Below are positions 18,858-28,548 of a stretch of 37,175 nucleotides of DNA, piece after piece (the stretch's first letter is position 1; every line of letters starts with the position of its first letter). The notes beneath the pieces are model-generated. The model saw nothing but the letters and a program-made list of their open reading frames with translations, had not been told where the DNA came from and searched no databases. The DNA comes from an uncultured archaeon. Lineage in GTDB: Archaea > Asgardarchaeota > Lokiarchaeia > Sigyniarchaeales > SOKP01. The stretch covers positions 1 to 37,175 of the forward strand of contig CAYLZE010000046.1 in the NCBI GenBank assembly GCA_964388035.1. Reading direction: 5' to 3'. Made by a program: the position numbers and the translations under genes.

Positions 18858-19553
18858 ATGACATCTGCATTATCTCTCATGAATTTAGCTTTCGTAGTTC
18901 TTATAGGAGGAAGAAGTAGACGATTCGGGACCGATAAAGGACTTTTCAAAATAAACGGGAAGTCTATAATCTCATATGAATTAGAGATTTTATCCCATTT
19001 TGATAAATCTATTTATATTGTAGCACATGATGAATGTCAAGCAAATTCTTATAAAAGTATTTTACTTTCTGACGAGTCTATTGCTCATCTTTTTAGCAAT
19101 AATACAATTTCATTTATTTTTGACGATACTTCCATGGTTAACAATCAAGACACTCGAACGCCATTATTAGGACTTTATTCAGCATTTCGAGAATTAAATA
19201 TAAAAGGATATAATAAATGTTTTGTTTTATCATGTGATATACCTTTCATTAAAATAGAAGTCATCCAATTATTAATAGAAGAATCCGTCGAATATGAAGG
19301 TGTAATCCCAATATGGGAGAATGGATTTTTAGAACCATTATTTTCTATTTATCCCGTGGATAAAGGATTAGAACAAGCTAAGGAAAATATTATTAATAGA
19401 GATTATAAGTTAATTAAATTAATCCGAGAGGATTGGAACATCAATTTCCTTCCTATTGAAAGCAAAATAAAATCAATCGATAAAGATTTAAAGACCTTCA
19501 TTAATTTAAATGAAAAAATGGATATCAAAAGATTTAATACATTTATGAAATAA
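18858..19553 (+). CDS. mobA: Molybdenum cofactor guanylyltransferase-like NTP transferase, copy 1
   Basis: LIGGRSRRFGTDK, PLLGL, LSCDIP, EPLFSIY and FINLN. Confidence 0.85.
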   Translation: MTSALSLMNLAFVVLIGGRSRRFGTDKGLFKINGKSIISYELEILSHFDKSIYIVAHDECQANSYKSILLSDESIAHLFSNNTISFIFDDTSMVNNQDTRTPLLGLYSAFRELNIKGYNKCFVLSCDIPFIKIEVIQLLIEESVEYEGVIPIWENGFLEPLFSIYPVDKGLEQAKENIINRDYKLIKLIREDWNINFLPIESKIKSIDKDLKTFINLNEKMDIKRFNTFMK

Positions 19554-19577
19554 ATATTGAACTGGGGTATAATAAAA

Positions 19578-20252
19578 ATGAAAATAGATTCACTGGATTC
19601 CAAATATTTAGCAATAATGATACTTATCGGGGGAGAAAGTAGACGTTTTGGATTAAAAAATATAGAATTCGAATTTTCAGGGAAACCCCTTCTCTTATAT
19701 CAAATGGAAACGTTATCGAAATTCGATAATGATGTGTTCTTAGTTGCGCATTCACCAAACCAAGTTGAAACCTATTATAAAAAGTTTAAAATTGACCGCA
19801 ATAAATTCATTATTGATGATAAGGAAATCATTCCTTACGATAAAATTAGAACTCCCATGATTGGAGTTTATTCCGGTCTTAAGTCGTTAAATGAGATGGG
19901 ATTTGACAAAGCTTTTGTACTCTCTTGTGATATGCCCTTAATTAAACCTAATGTTATTAAATACATGATTGAACAATCTGAATCTCATGATTGCGTTGTA
20001 CCTCGATGGAAAAATGGATATTTAGAAACGCTATTTACGATTTATCCCGTGAAAAAAAGTTATGAAAAAGTAAAACAATTATTAGAACAAGAGATCTTTT
20101 ACCTAAATGAATTAATTGATGATCAATGGGATATTAACTTTATTTCCGTGGAAGATTCCATTAAACCCTTGGATGCTAATTTAACAAGCTTAATAAGCAT
20201 TAACGGACCAATCGATTTAGAGAAACTCATAAAGTTGTTTTTAATCCCATGA
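19578..20252 (+). CDS. MobA-like NTP transferase, copy 2 (divergent)
   Basis: LIGGESRRFGLKN, LSCDMP and ETLFTIYP. Clearly paralogous to the upstream gene. ATG at 19578 is preferred. Confidence 0.8.
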   Translation: MKIDSLDSKYLAIMILIGGESRRFGLKNIEFEFSGKPLLLYQMETLSKFDNDVFLVAHSPNQVETYYKKFKIDRNKFIIDDKEIIPYDKIRTPMIGVYSGLKSLNEMGFDKAFVLSCDMPLIKPNVIKYMIEQSESHDCVVPRWKNGYLETLFTIYPVKKSYEKVKQLLEQEIFYLNELIDDQWDINFISVEDSIKPLDANLTSLISINGPIDLEKLIKLFLIP

Positions 20253-20348
20253 AAATTTACCCTCAAATGGTTGAAATTTCAAGAAAACAATTATTATATT
20301 TTAAAAATTCTAATAAAAATACCTATATATCAATAATAGTCAAGAGTT

Positions 20349-20729
20349 ATGAGTCAAAATTTTAATTGGGATGAGATTAAGGCATCTCTCGAAAAATTGG
20401 TTGAAATAAAAAAAAGTGATGAGGATTTAAGTATAACTCTAAAAGTTTTAGATGAAGGGGCTAAAAATAATAAGTTAGTAGGAAACTTTATGAAGGATGA
20501 GGATGAGATGAAAAAAAATCTTAACCAATTTCTTGGAAGAACTGATCCCTTAGAATGTAAAATAATCATGGATGAGGAAAACAGAGAAATTTTGATAACT
20601 TTTTCTCATCAAGAAGATTATTCTAAAGTTTATGAATTATTCCACAATATGTTTTTTGGAGATTTTTTTAAAGAAATGATTGAAACAATGATGGGCGCCT
20701 TCGGAAGCATGTTTGGCAAGGATGACTGA
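20349..20729 (+). CDS. Hypothetical protein (126 aa, acidic)
   Basis: Clean ATG-started ORF with protein-like composition. No family recognised. Confidence 0.75.
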   Translation: MSQNFNWDEIKASLEKLVEIKKSDEDLSITLKVLDEGAKNNKLVGNFMKDEDEMKKNLNQFLGRTDPLECKIIMDEENREILITFSHQEDYSKVYELFHNMFFGDFFKEMIETMMGAFGSMFGKDD

Positions 20730-20874
20730 CGTCTTATATAATGATATATTCTCTATTTTAGTTGAAAGATGAGAATCTATTTTTTCCGATTTATCGAGAA
20801 TAGTATTAAGAATTTCTTTAATACTTAAGGGTAAGGGTGACATTATACATGAATCTATTGAGGTGAAAGGTCAT

Positions 20875-20887
20875 AAACCTTATATTT
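20875..20887 (+). promoter_or_regulatory. Candidate BRE-TATA promoter of the enolase-superfamily gene
   Basis: AAACC-TTATATTT about 40 nt upstream of the ATG at 20926. Confidence 0.35.
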
Positions 20888-20925
20888 CTACAAAATAATT
20901 ACTACCTACATATACATTCATATTA

Positions 20926-22104
20926 ATGATTTTGATGAAAGAAAAAATAGTGCGCGTGGAGTTAACTCCATTATATGTTCCATTTAATGCAGTTGCAAGG
21001 AAAGCAATGGGTGAGAGTGAAGGGGGGATTGGAATGTCTCATCCTTCAGAAGAAGAATGGTTGGGAGCAGAGTTTGTTATTGCAAAAGTGATATGTGATA
21101 ATGGGAGTGTAGGGTTGGGGGAATCATCGATATGGCTCCCTGAAAGTGGAATTACACCCCTACAAGTCATTGATGTCATTAAAAAAGGAAAATTGGCAAA
21201 TTATGTAATAGGAGAAAGCCCTTTCAATGTGGAAAAAATTAATCAAAAGATGGATGATAATGTAGCCCGAAATGATCAAGCTAAGGGTTTACTAGATATG
21301 GCTTGTTATGATTTAATGGGAAAAATTGCGGGGATTCCTGCTTGCTGTTTTATGGGAGGGCGTAATGTGGAGGAAATACCACTTGCAGCTCTCATTCCAT
21401 TAGGATCTCCCATGTTAATGAGAGGATTGGTTAGAAGTTATTATAGGAAAGGATATAGGACATTTAGATTGAAGCTCGGAAGAAGTATCCAAGAAGACGT
21501 TGAGATCTTGAAAACCATAAGGAAAGCATTGGGCAATGATATTCGGATACGCGTGGATTATAACCAAGTATATACCCCTTCACAAGCAATTAAAGCAATA
21601 AAAGCAATCGAACCGTATAATATCGATTTTGTGGAACAACCCGTTAGGACAGGAGATTATATGGGAATGGCTTATGTACAAAGTAAAGTCGATACTCCTT
21701 TAATGAATCATGAAGATTTCTTTAACATGAGGGATTTTATTAGCCTTGTTGAATTAGGAGGGGCTCGAGTATTAGGACTACAATCTGATCGCCCTGCGGG
21801 GGTTACTAAAGCCCTTAAATTGATTCATTATGCTAGATGCAAGGGTGTAGAAGTAATGATCCATAAAGAACCTTTAGGGATTTGCTCAGCCATGCTTATT
21901 CATTTACATGTCGGACAATATTATTCAATTGACCACGCAACAGAATTATTTGGCATGGAGATGATGGAAGATGATTTGATTGTTACTCCTATTGATTATA
22001 GCGGGGGTACTGCTAAGCTACCAGAGGGTTCAGGTTATGGCGTGGAACTCGATGAAAAATCCTTACAGAAATACGCAACAGGAGAGACTATAATCATTGA
22101 ATAA
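20926..22104 (+). CDS. Mandelate racemase/muconate lactonizing enzyme family protein (enolase superfamily)
   Basis: GLGES, LDMACYDLMGK, FRLKLG, RVDYN, VEQP and GSGYGVELD. Confidence 0.9.
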   Translation: MILMKEKIVRVELTPLYVPFNAVARKAMGESEGGIGMSHPSEEEWLGAEFVIAKVICDNGSVGLGESSIWLPESGITPLQVIDVIKKGKLANYVIGESPFNVEKINQKMDDNVARNDQAKGLLDMACYDLMGKIAGIPACCFMGGRNVEEIPLAALIPLGSPMLMRGLVRSYYRKGYRTFRLKLGRSIQEDVEILKTIRKALGNDIRIRVDYNQVYTPSQAIKAIKAIEPYNIDFVEQPVRTGDYMGMAYVQSKVDTPLMNHEDFFNMRDFISLVELGGARVLGLQSDRPAGVTKALKLIHYARCKGVEVMIHKEPLGICSAMLIHLHVGQYYSIDHATELFGMEMMEDDLIVTPIDYSGGTAKLPEGSGYGVELDEKSLQKYATGETIIIE

Positions 22105-22320
22105 TACGATATTACTTGATGATAATAAATTCTTTAATGTATAAAATCCCTATATTTTCATTATTTTTTTTGATCTCGTTATTTTTTCTGATTTCATGCT
22201 CTCTCGTGTTTCAACAAAATAACTTATTTAAATGATAAACACGAAGATAAAAATATAATTATATAATTTAGTCTTCTTAAAAAATGTAAATTATAATTAA
22301 GTAATAGGGGATTAGCTTAA

Positions 22321-23727
22321 ATGAGTACTATTAAAGAGCATCATGAAGTGCCCACATATATACACTCCAAGAAGATAATGACTTCCTATTCCGCGGGCGA
22401 ATTCGTATATGAGTTCACTCAAGGTATTTTGGTTTTCATTTTATTTTATTTTTATGAAGTGGAAGTAGGATTGGGAGCCTGGTTGACGGGTATAGCGTTA
22501 ATGATCTATTCTCTATGGGACGCAATCAACGATCCCTTAATTGGATATCTATGTGATCGACCAAGAGGATTTACTAAAAAATGGGGTCGAAGATTTCCTT
22601 GGATGATAATTGGATACATCCCAATGTTGATCTTTTTTCTATTAATTTTTTCACCTCCCAATATTGATGCCCAAACTCAACCTTGGACGATATTTATATG
22701 GTTAGTTGTAGTTTTATGCCTATTTGATACCTTTGAAACTTTATTTACTTCTAACTTTTTCGCATTATTCCCGGATAAATTTAGAGGAGATGATGAACGA
22801 GTAAAAGCTTCTTGGATTTACGTGTATTTAGGATTGATTGGGGTCGTCCTTGCTAATTTACTCCCGCCCATAATAATTATATACGGAAATTTGGGATCTT
22901 TTGCTTTAATGGCTTGGATTGCAATTATTATTAGTCTCGCTAGCGGGGTCGTAATGATACCCGGAATTAAGGATGATAAAAAATCTGTAGAAGAATATCT
23001 TTCAAAATATGATAAGATTGAAAAGGAATCTTTTATAACCTCTTTAAAAGCAGCTATTAAACATAAATCTCTCATCGGATTTCTATTTTTGTTTCTTGCT
23101 TGGATAAACTTATCTAGCATGGTTCAATCCTCCTTTTTATATGTAGTCCGTTTTGTTTTATTAGGAGAAACTGGCGATGTGTTAATTTTAATGGTCATGT
23201 TTCTCTTAGGAGTCATAATAGGCATTCCTATATGGTTTAAATATTATAAAAAGGTAGAAGATAATCGGAAAACCATGATATACACATCCATTGCATGTGT
23301 AATAATGACGGCCCTCCTTAGCTTTATGACGACATTAATTTCACTTCTTATTGTTATATTTATATGGGGCATAGCTCTTGGCGGCTTTTGGGTAATTTAT
23401 ATTCCTACATTTTCGGACGTCATCGACGAATCGATAGCAACAACCGGAATACGACGAGAAGGATTTTATTCAGGAATCAGACGATTTTTCAGCAATTTTT
23501 CCCGTGTAATTTTATCACTCCTTTTCGCCCTTGTCCATGATCTTACAGGATTTGTGGAAACATCTGACATTCAAACACCTTTGGCCAATATGGGAATATT
23601 ACTTCTTTTTGGAGTAGTTCCCGCGAGTATCATGGTCTTAGGATTGATTATCTTCTGGAGATTATATGAAATTACTCCCGATAGGGCAAAATCAATAAAG
23701 GAAAAACTTGCAGAGCTTAAAATCTAA
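22321..23727 (+). CDS. MFS transporter, glycoside-pentoside-hexuronide (MelB-like) family
   Basis: WDAINDPLIGYLCD, WGRRFPW and DVIDE...RREG. About 12 TMs. Confidence 0.92.
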   Translation: MSTIKEHHEVPTYIHSKKIMTSYSAGEFVYEFTQGILVFILFYFYEVEVGLGAWLTGIALMIYSLWDAINDPLIGYLCDRPRGFTKKWGRRFPWMIIGYIPMLIFFLLIFSPPNIDAQTQPWTIFIWLVVVLCLFDTFETLFTSNFFALFPDKFRGDDERVKASWIYVYLGLIGVVLANLLPPIIIIYGNLGSFALMAWIAIIISLASGVVMIPGIKDDKKSVEEYLSKYDKIEKESFITSLKAAIKHKSLIGFLFLFLAWINLSSMVQSSFLYVVRFVLLGETGDVLILMVMFLLGVIIGIPIWFKYYKKVEDNRKTMIYTSIACVIMTALLSFMTTLISLLIVIFIWGIALGGFWVIYIPTFSDVIDESIATTGIRREGFYSGIRRFFSNFSRVILSLLFALVHDLTGFVETSDIQTPLANMGILLLFGVVPASIMVLGLIIFWRLYEITPDRAKSIKEKLAELKI

Positions 23728-23860
23728 TTTATATTCATTTCTTCTTTTTTTTATTTTAGATTATTCTGGATTGTTTAAATTAACAAGAGCGCGTCTATAT
23801 CATTCATGATGAGAGCATTTAGAAGCATGTGAAAAGTAAAAAGTTATTCTAACGTATCTC

Positions 23861-24952
23861 TCAGACCAGATTCAAGCAATTTCCTAAACACTGAGCGATG
23901 CAAGCATGACAATTAATGCATTTATCTGGATGTTCTATTTTGGCCTTTTTTGTGTCATTATCGAACGTGAACACATTTCTTGGGCATACATCAAGGCAAT
24001 TTTTACACCCGATACAATCCTCTTCAGTAATATTGATTGTTCCATAAGATGCCAACTTATATTTGCTGAAAAGAAAACTCATTTCTTTGCTTCCTTTTTT
24101 CCATTGGCGCTCCCCTAATTCACTTTTATATATAGGAGTAAGCCCATGGAAATCTTCTGCCATTAATAAGAGGAATAATATCGAGAGAACTAAATCCCAG
24201 CCAAGATAAAAATAATTTAAAGAAAGTACCAGATTATAAAAGACTACCAAGAAGACGACGATACAACCGTAAATCAAAACTTTTTTCCAGCCTTTTTCTC
24301 CCGGAATGCTAGGTAAGAAGAGCATTGAACCATAAATGACAATCACGAGTAAAGCAAGTGTATGTAAATATAATACCAAATTCAATGCCGGGACGAAAAA
24401 AGCAGTAATCCAATATACAGCGCTAATTAAAATAAGTAGCATGAAAAAATATAGATTGCCCATTTCTAATCTTGATAGAATAGGAAAAGCGACTTTCTTC
24501 TGTTGTTCTGTTTTTGTGAATTGGTTTCTTACATATACAGGAATATCTTTTGCATGGATCGGTCCGAATTTGACATTCCATCCAGTGCTTTCTTTCACCT
24601 TCTTTGGTATTATGCCAGGAGCGCTTAATTGAGGTAAGATAAGAATTTTATGATCAACAAGATCATCGATATTACTTGTTTTTATAATGGAAATTACCGA
24701 ATTTGAATTAAAATCTCCTCCGCATGCACCACACCATACATTAATTCCATTTGAAGGAGCAACTAATAAAAAGCAATCCATGTTTTGTATGGCTTTTAAA
24801 ACCCGTTTTACTGTAAGAATAAAATTGCACGTGAGAAAAACGGGACTATTTCGAGTAGGATTTCCCACCTTGATTAACGTTGGTTCCATTGGAAATCCAA
24901 TCCATCGAAAAAAGTAAGCCCCCAATAATTTTAACATACTTTTCAAAGACAT
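23861..24952 (-). CDS. HgcAB-like fusion protein (corrinoid-binding CdhD/HgcA-like domain + ~4 TM + 2[4Fe-4S] ferredoxin)
   Basis: GNPxxxSPVFLTCNF, cap helix GINVWCGACGG, ILPQLSAPG and FGPIHAKDIP. TM region ends DFHGLTP. Ferredoxin motifs CIGCKNCLDVCP and CINCHACIAQC. Confidence 0.92.
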   Translation of the reverse strand: MSLKSMLKLLGAYFFRWIGFPMEPTLIKVGNPTRNSPVFLTCNFILTVKRVLKAIQNMDCFLLVAPSNGINVWCGACGGDFNSNSVISIIKTSNIDDLVDHKILILPQLSAPGIIPKKVKESTGWNVKFGPIHAKDIPVYVRNQFTKTEQQKKVAFPILSRLEMGNLYFFMLLILISAVYWITAFFVPALNLVLYLHTLALLVIVIYGSMLFLPSIPGEKGWKKVLIYGCIVVFLVVFYNLVLSLNYFYLGWDLVLSILFLLLMAEDFHGLTPIYKSELGERQWKKGSKEMSFLFSKYKLASYGTINITEEDCIGCKNCLDVCPRNVFTFDNDTKKAKIEHPDKCINCHACIAQCLGNCLNLV

Positions 24953-24993
24953 AACATTACTCTATATAGAATTGATAATTAATAACTTTTTAT

Positions 24994-25650
24994 TCATTTT
25001 TTTTTAGCTCGAATTAATTTCAAGGAATCCAATAAAAATTCCTTTTCCTCAATAATTAGAAAATTATTTTTTTTTAATAAATCTATAATTTCCTTTAAGG
25101 GATGAGTGGTTAAATGAGTGGAGAAGAAAGTCACAATTAGGAGTGGTATCCTGATTAAAGCATAGATTATTCTTTTCCACATCTTTTTCGGTTTTACCTC
25201 ATCTAAAATAATAAATTCTCCATCAAGTTTCAGAATTCTATGTACCTGTCTAATGCAAAACTCCATTTCTTTTTCATATAATTCACTAAGAACTAAAATG
25301 GCCGTCACTTTATCAAATGAATCGTTCGGAAATTTTTTATCTAAATCAATAATAGGCATTTCAAATATGGTAATTAGAGAGGATAAATCTAGCTTAGAAA
25401 TCTTTTTTTTTCCAACTTCTAACATTTTTTCAGACTGATCAATACCAAAGACATGATACCCTTTTTCAGCACAAGCAATCGCAAATGACCCCGTTCCCAT
25501 TCCAATATCTAAAATCTCCTCGTTTTCCCTTAAATAATTGTCAATGATATAGTCTTTTATCTTGGATAATTTGCCTAAAGTTAAGAGTTGAATGCCTTTA
25601 TCATATTTTTCTGCTTTATTCTCCAATGATTTCATATAAACATAAGACAT
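24994..25650 (-). CDS. Class I SAM-dependent methyltransferase (resembles corrinoid protein-associated CpaM-type enzymes)
   Basis: ILDIGMGTG motif I, RILKLDG post-II motif and N-terminal SYVYMKSLE...YDKGIQLLTLG. Co-oriented 41 nt upstream of the HgcAB-like gene. Confidence 0.88.
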   Translation of the reverse strand: MSYVYMKSLENKAEKYDKGIQLLTLGKLSKIKDYIIDNYLRENEEILDIGMGTGSFAIACAEKGYHVFGIDQSEKMLEVGKKKISKLDLSSLITIFEMPIIDLDKKFPNDSFDKVTAILVLSELYEKEMEFCIRQVHRILKLDGEFIILDEVKPKKMWKRIIYALIRIPLLIVTFFSTHLTTHPLKEIIDLLKKNNFLIIEEKEFLLDSLKLIRAKKK

Positions 25651-26037
25651 TGTTAACAGGGTTCCGAAAGATAAATAATGGTATTATTTCTAAGTAATAA
25701 GAAAAAGCAATATAAATATAAGTCACTTAAAAAATTATCATCTCCCATCAATGATATCTTAGAATATGCCTCTTATTCTTTTTTCGCTTTTTCCATTATC
25801 ATTCCAGCACAAAAATCATAATGTTAATATATCATATAGTCATGACATGTTAGATGGGGCTATAAAATTAGTGATGAATAATTCTGAAATTGATAAGATA
25901 GATTTTAGGTATTAAGTAAAGTGCAATTTCAAGGCTAAATTAAGGTAGAAAAAGGAAAAAAATGTTTTCAATGATTTTAAAAACCTTATTTCATTTTAAA
26001 AAAATTATTATTTATTTTTTGATATAGTGAATTTAGA

Positions 26038-26883
26038 TTGGAAAACAAAAACTTTGTACAAAAGCATAAGATATTGATTTTTAATATTCTTGCTTTCGCA
26101 TGGACGTTTGTATTATTGGGTATCGTAATTTTAGTATCGGGTGTCGGTCTCGATCCCTCATCTCTTCCCATCTGGCAGTTCATAATTGTCTTTATCGGGG
26201 GTTTTGGACCTACCATTGCGGGAGTATTTGTAACCCGCATGACAGGTAATAAGGGAATCCTATGGAAACGTATTAAAATGTACAAGCAACCTGCTTGGCT
26301 TTATGTTTTTGCATTAGGATTGATATTTGTAATTGCCATTATCTCCATGATCCTTGATTCATTATTGGGGATTCCCATAGACTCTGCCTCCGATATGCTT
26401 GCCGTTCTTCCATTAGCGTTAATTTGGCCTCTCTTTTCTAGTACAGGTGAAGAACCAGGGTGGAGAGGAGTATTATTGCCAGAATTGCAGAAAAAGTATT
26501 CTCCATTCATTTCTGCGTTGGTCGTAGGAACATTATGGGGTTTGTGGCATTTTCCCTCTTATTTTATCGCTCTAGGGACGTTAGGCATTAACTTCATTCC
26601 TTATTTCATTCTATCGGGTCCGATTAGTTTTATTGGATTAACGATTGCGATGACCTTTGTATACAATAAGTCCAAAGGTAGCTTGTTCTTAATGATTCTA
26701 ATGCACTACACAATAACTATGACGGGGATTTTATTTGTGCGATTGGATCTCACGTTCGAACAAACGCTCGTCCATTCCTCCTTGAGTTTCAGTTTATACA
26801 TTATTCTTGATATAATAATTATCTTGTTTAACCGGAAGGAATGGATAATGCAAAAGCATGAACATCCTTTGGAAAAAACATAA
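26038..26883 (+). CDS. CPBP/Abi (CAAX protease-like) intramembrane metalloprotease
   Basis: GEEPGWRG, WGLWHFP and ILMH motifs in a multi-TM protein. TTG start. Confidence 0.9.
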   Translation: MENKNFVQKHKILIFNILAFAWTFVLLGIVILVSGVGLDPSSLPIWQFIIVFIGGFGPTIAGVFVTRMTGNKGILWKRIKMYKQPAWLYVFALGLIFVIAIISMILDSLLGIPIDSASDMLAVLPLALIWPLFSSTGEEPGWRGVLLPELQKKYSPFISALVVGTLWGLWHFPSYFIALGTLGINFIPYFILSGPISFIGLTIAMTFVYNKSKGSLFLMILMHYTITMTGILFVRLDLTFEQTLVHSSLSFSLYIILDIIIILFNRKEWIMQKHEHPLEKT

Positions 26884-27079
26884 ATTGTTAGCTATTTTTT
26901 TTTAATTTAGTATCTTGAATATCCTTAATTTTGTCGCTTGCCTTGCTTAATCATTAATTATTAAATTGCCAAAGATCTTGTCATGCATTTTGATTTAATT
27001 TCTTCTTATTTTACTTGAGATTGATTTCAAATGACATTATAATGAAAATTGCTTTAAGTTTAAAATCAACTCCAAGCGA

Positions 27080-28507
27080 TTAAATAAAACCTTGATTATG
27101 ATACTGAACCATTTTTGAACCCGATTTTCTCCATTCTTCTCCGATAGTTTGAAAAAGATTGCGTGCTCGCGCATTAGCTTTATCAATGATTTCTTGTTCA
27201 TCTATCACTTGAAAGGTATTATTCATGAGTATCGGATTTCCATTGATAATGACATGATCTACTTCATTTCCTTTATTTGAATAAATCAAATTTGCGATTA
27301 AATTCGAAAAAGGCTCGTCAATGATAGGAGTAAAATGAGCATAATTTAAATTTACAAGGATTATATCTGCTTTTTTCCCAACCTTTAGACTTCCAATCTG
27401 ATCCTCAAGCTGCATTACTTTTGCCCCTCCAAGAGTAGCTAAATGTAAAGCTTTCCATGGAGGTAAAGCGGTAGGATCTCGCTTAGTAATCTTGGATAAC
27501 AGGCTAGCCATTCTTAGTTCATTAAATAAATTATGATGTCCCGTGCCCGGTGCTTCATCGGTGCCCAGTCCAGCTTTTCCTCCTAATTCTAAATAATTAA
27601 CAAGGGGAGGGATGATCCCATCGATCTTTGAAATGGAGCTAGGACATCCTACCATTTGAACTCCTTTTTTGACCATTAACTCTCTTTCTTGCTCGGTAGT
27701 ATCATGTATATGAGCAGCAATTAAATGAGAATCCATTAAGTTATTTTTATCTAACACTTTTACTGTCGTCAAGTCATTCCCAAATCTTTTTTTAATTTGT
27801 ATTCGTTCTCTTTCTCCTTGAGCTACATGAACATGGATTTTTGAGTTTCTAATCTTAGCTTCTTCATGGATTTCTTTTAGTAACTCTAAAGATACCATAT
27901 CCAGAGCATTTGGTCCATACATGCAAGATACTAAAGGATTGTCTTGAAATTCCTTAAATAATTTATTGGCTCGTTTGAATGCGCTCCTACCAAGATACTC
28001 ATAGAAGGAATAAGGTTCATACGGTTTCTTTTCCTCAGAGAAGTCCAATTCCGAAATCATCTCTGTAGCTACAACTCTAGCTTTAAATGGGTTGTATATC
28101 TTGTTGATTAAGCTTGATAATCCTATGCCATATTCTGTGAAAGTGGTCGTGCCTGCTCTCAAGCCCTCGAGAACAGCCAGTTTCGTGCTTAGTAGGAAAT
28201 CTTCTCCTTTTAATAGATTGGCGAAGAGGCTCAATCCTTTTGGCATGTACTCGATCTCCGGCAAATCATGTGCCATTCCTCTACAGAGCGTTAGCATAGA
28301 ATGGGTGTGAGCATTAATTAGCCCGGGAAGAACAACATGATTGTCATTTCCATTAATGAGGATATCTGCTTGTCGGTAGTTAAAGCCCTCCATTTTCCCA
28401 ACATAGGAAATATGATCCTTTTCAATTCCCATCGCCCCGTGTCGAATGAATCCCAGACCTTTTCCTTCCATGGTGATAATCCTGGAATTAATAATTGCAA
28501 TATCCAT
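27080..28507 (-). CDS. Amidohydrolase family protein (MtaD/TRZ-ATZ-like)
   Basis: PGLINAHTH, GTTT, HVHVAQ, AAH, GLGTD, ATLGGA and GSLKVGKKAD. Confidence 0.92.
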   Translation of the reverse strand: MDIAIINSRIITMEGKGLGFIRHGAMGIEKDHISYVGKMEGFNYRQADILINGNDNHVVLPGLINAHTHSMLTLCRGMAHDLPEIEYMPKGLSLFANLLKGEDFLLSTKLAVLEGLRAGTTTFTEYGIGLSSLINKIYNPFKARVVATEMISELDFSEEKKPYEPYSFYEYLGRSAFKRANKLFKEFQDNPLVSCMYGPNALDMVSLELLKEIHEEAKIRNSKIHVHVAQGERERIQIKKRFGNDLTTVKVLDKNNLMDSHLIAAHIHDTTEQERELMVKKGVQMVGCPSSISKIDGIIPPLVNYLELGGKAGLGTDEAPGTGHHNLFNELRMASLLSKITKRDPTALPPWKALHLATLGGAKVMQLEDQIGSLKVGKKADIILVNLNYAHFTPIIDEPFSNLIANLIYSNKGNEVDHVIINGNPILMNNTFQVIDEQEIIDKANARARNLFQTIGEEWRKSGSKMVQYHNQGFI

Positions 28508-28548
28508 TTTTTTTCAACAGTAACAAATGAGTTTTAATTATTTTACCA

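Noticed and set aside
23806-23894. ATGATGA ... CTGA resembling a C/D box sRNA
   Set aside because: Box D falls inside the antisense of a coding gene, no internal C'/D' boxes or terminal stem were seen, and such a match is expected by chance.
23861-24952. Calling this a bona fide mercury methylation gene (hgcA/hgcB)
   Set aside because: It has a fused architecture, a non-consensus cap helix and no terminal Cys pair. Methylating activity cannot be inferred from sequence.
25651-26037. Possible gene remnant upstream of the methyltransferase
   Set aside because: Short stop-interrupted frames with no recognisable similarity.
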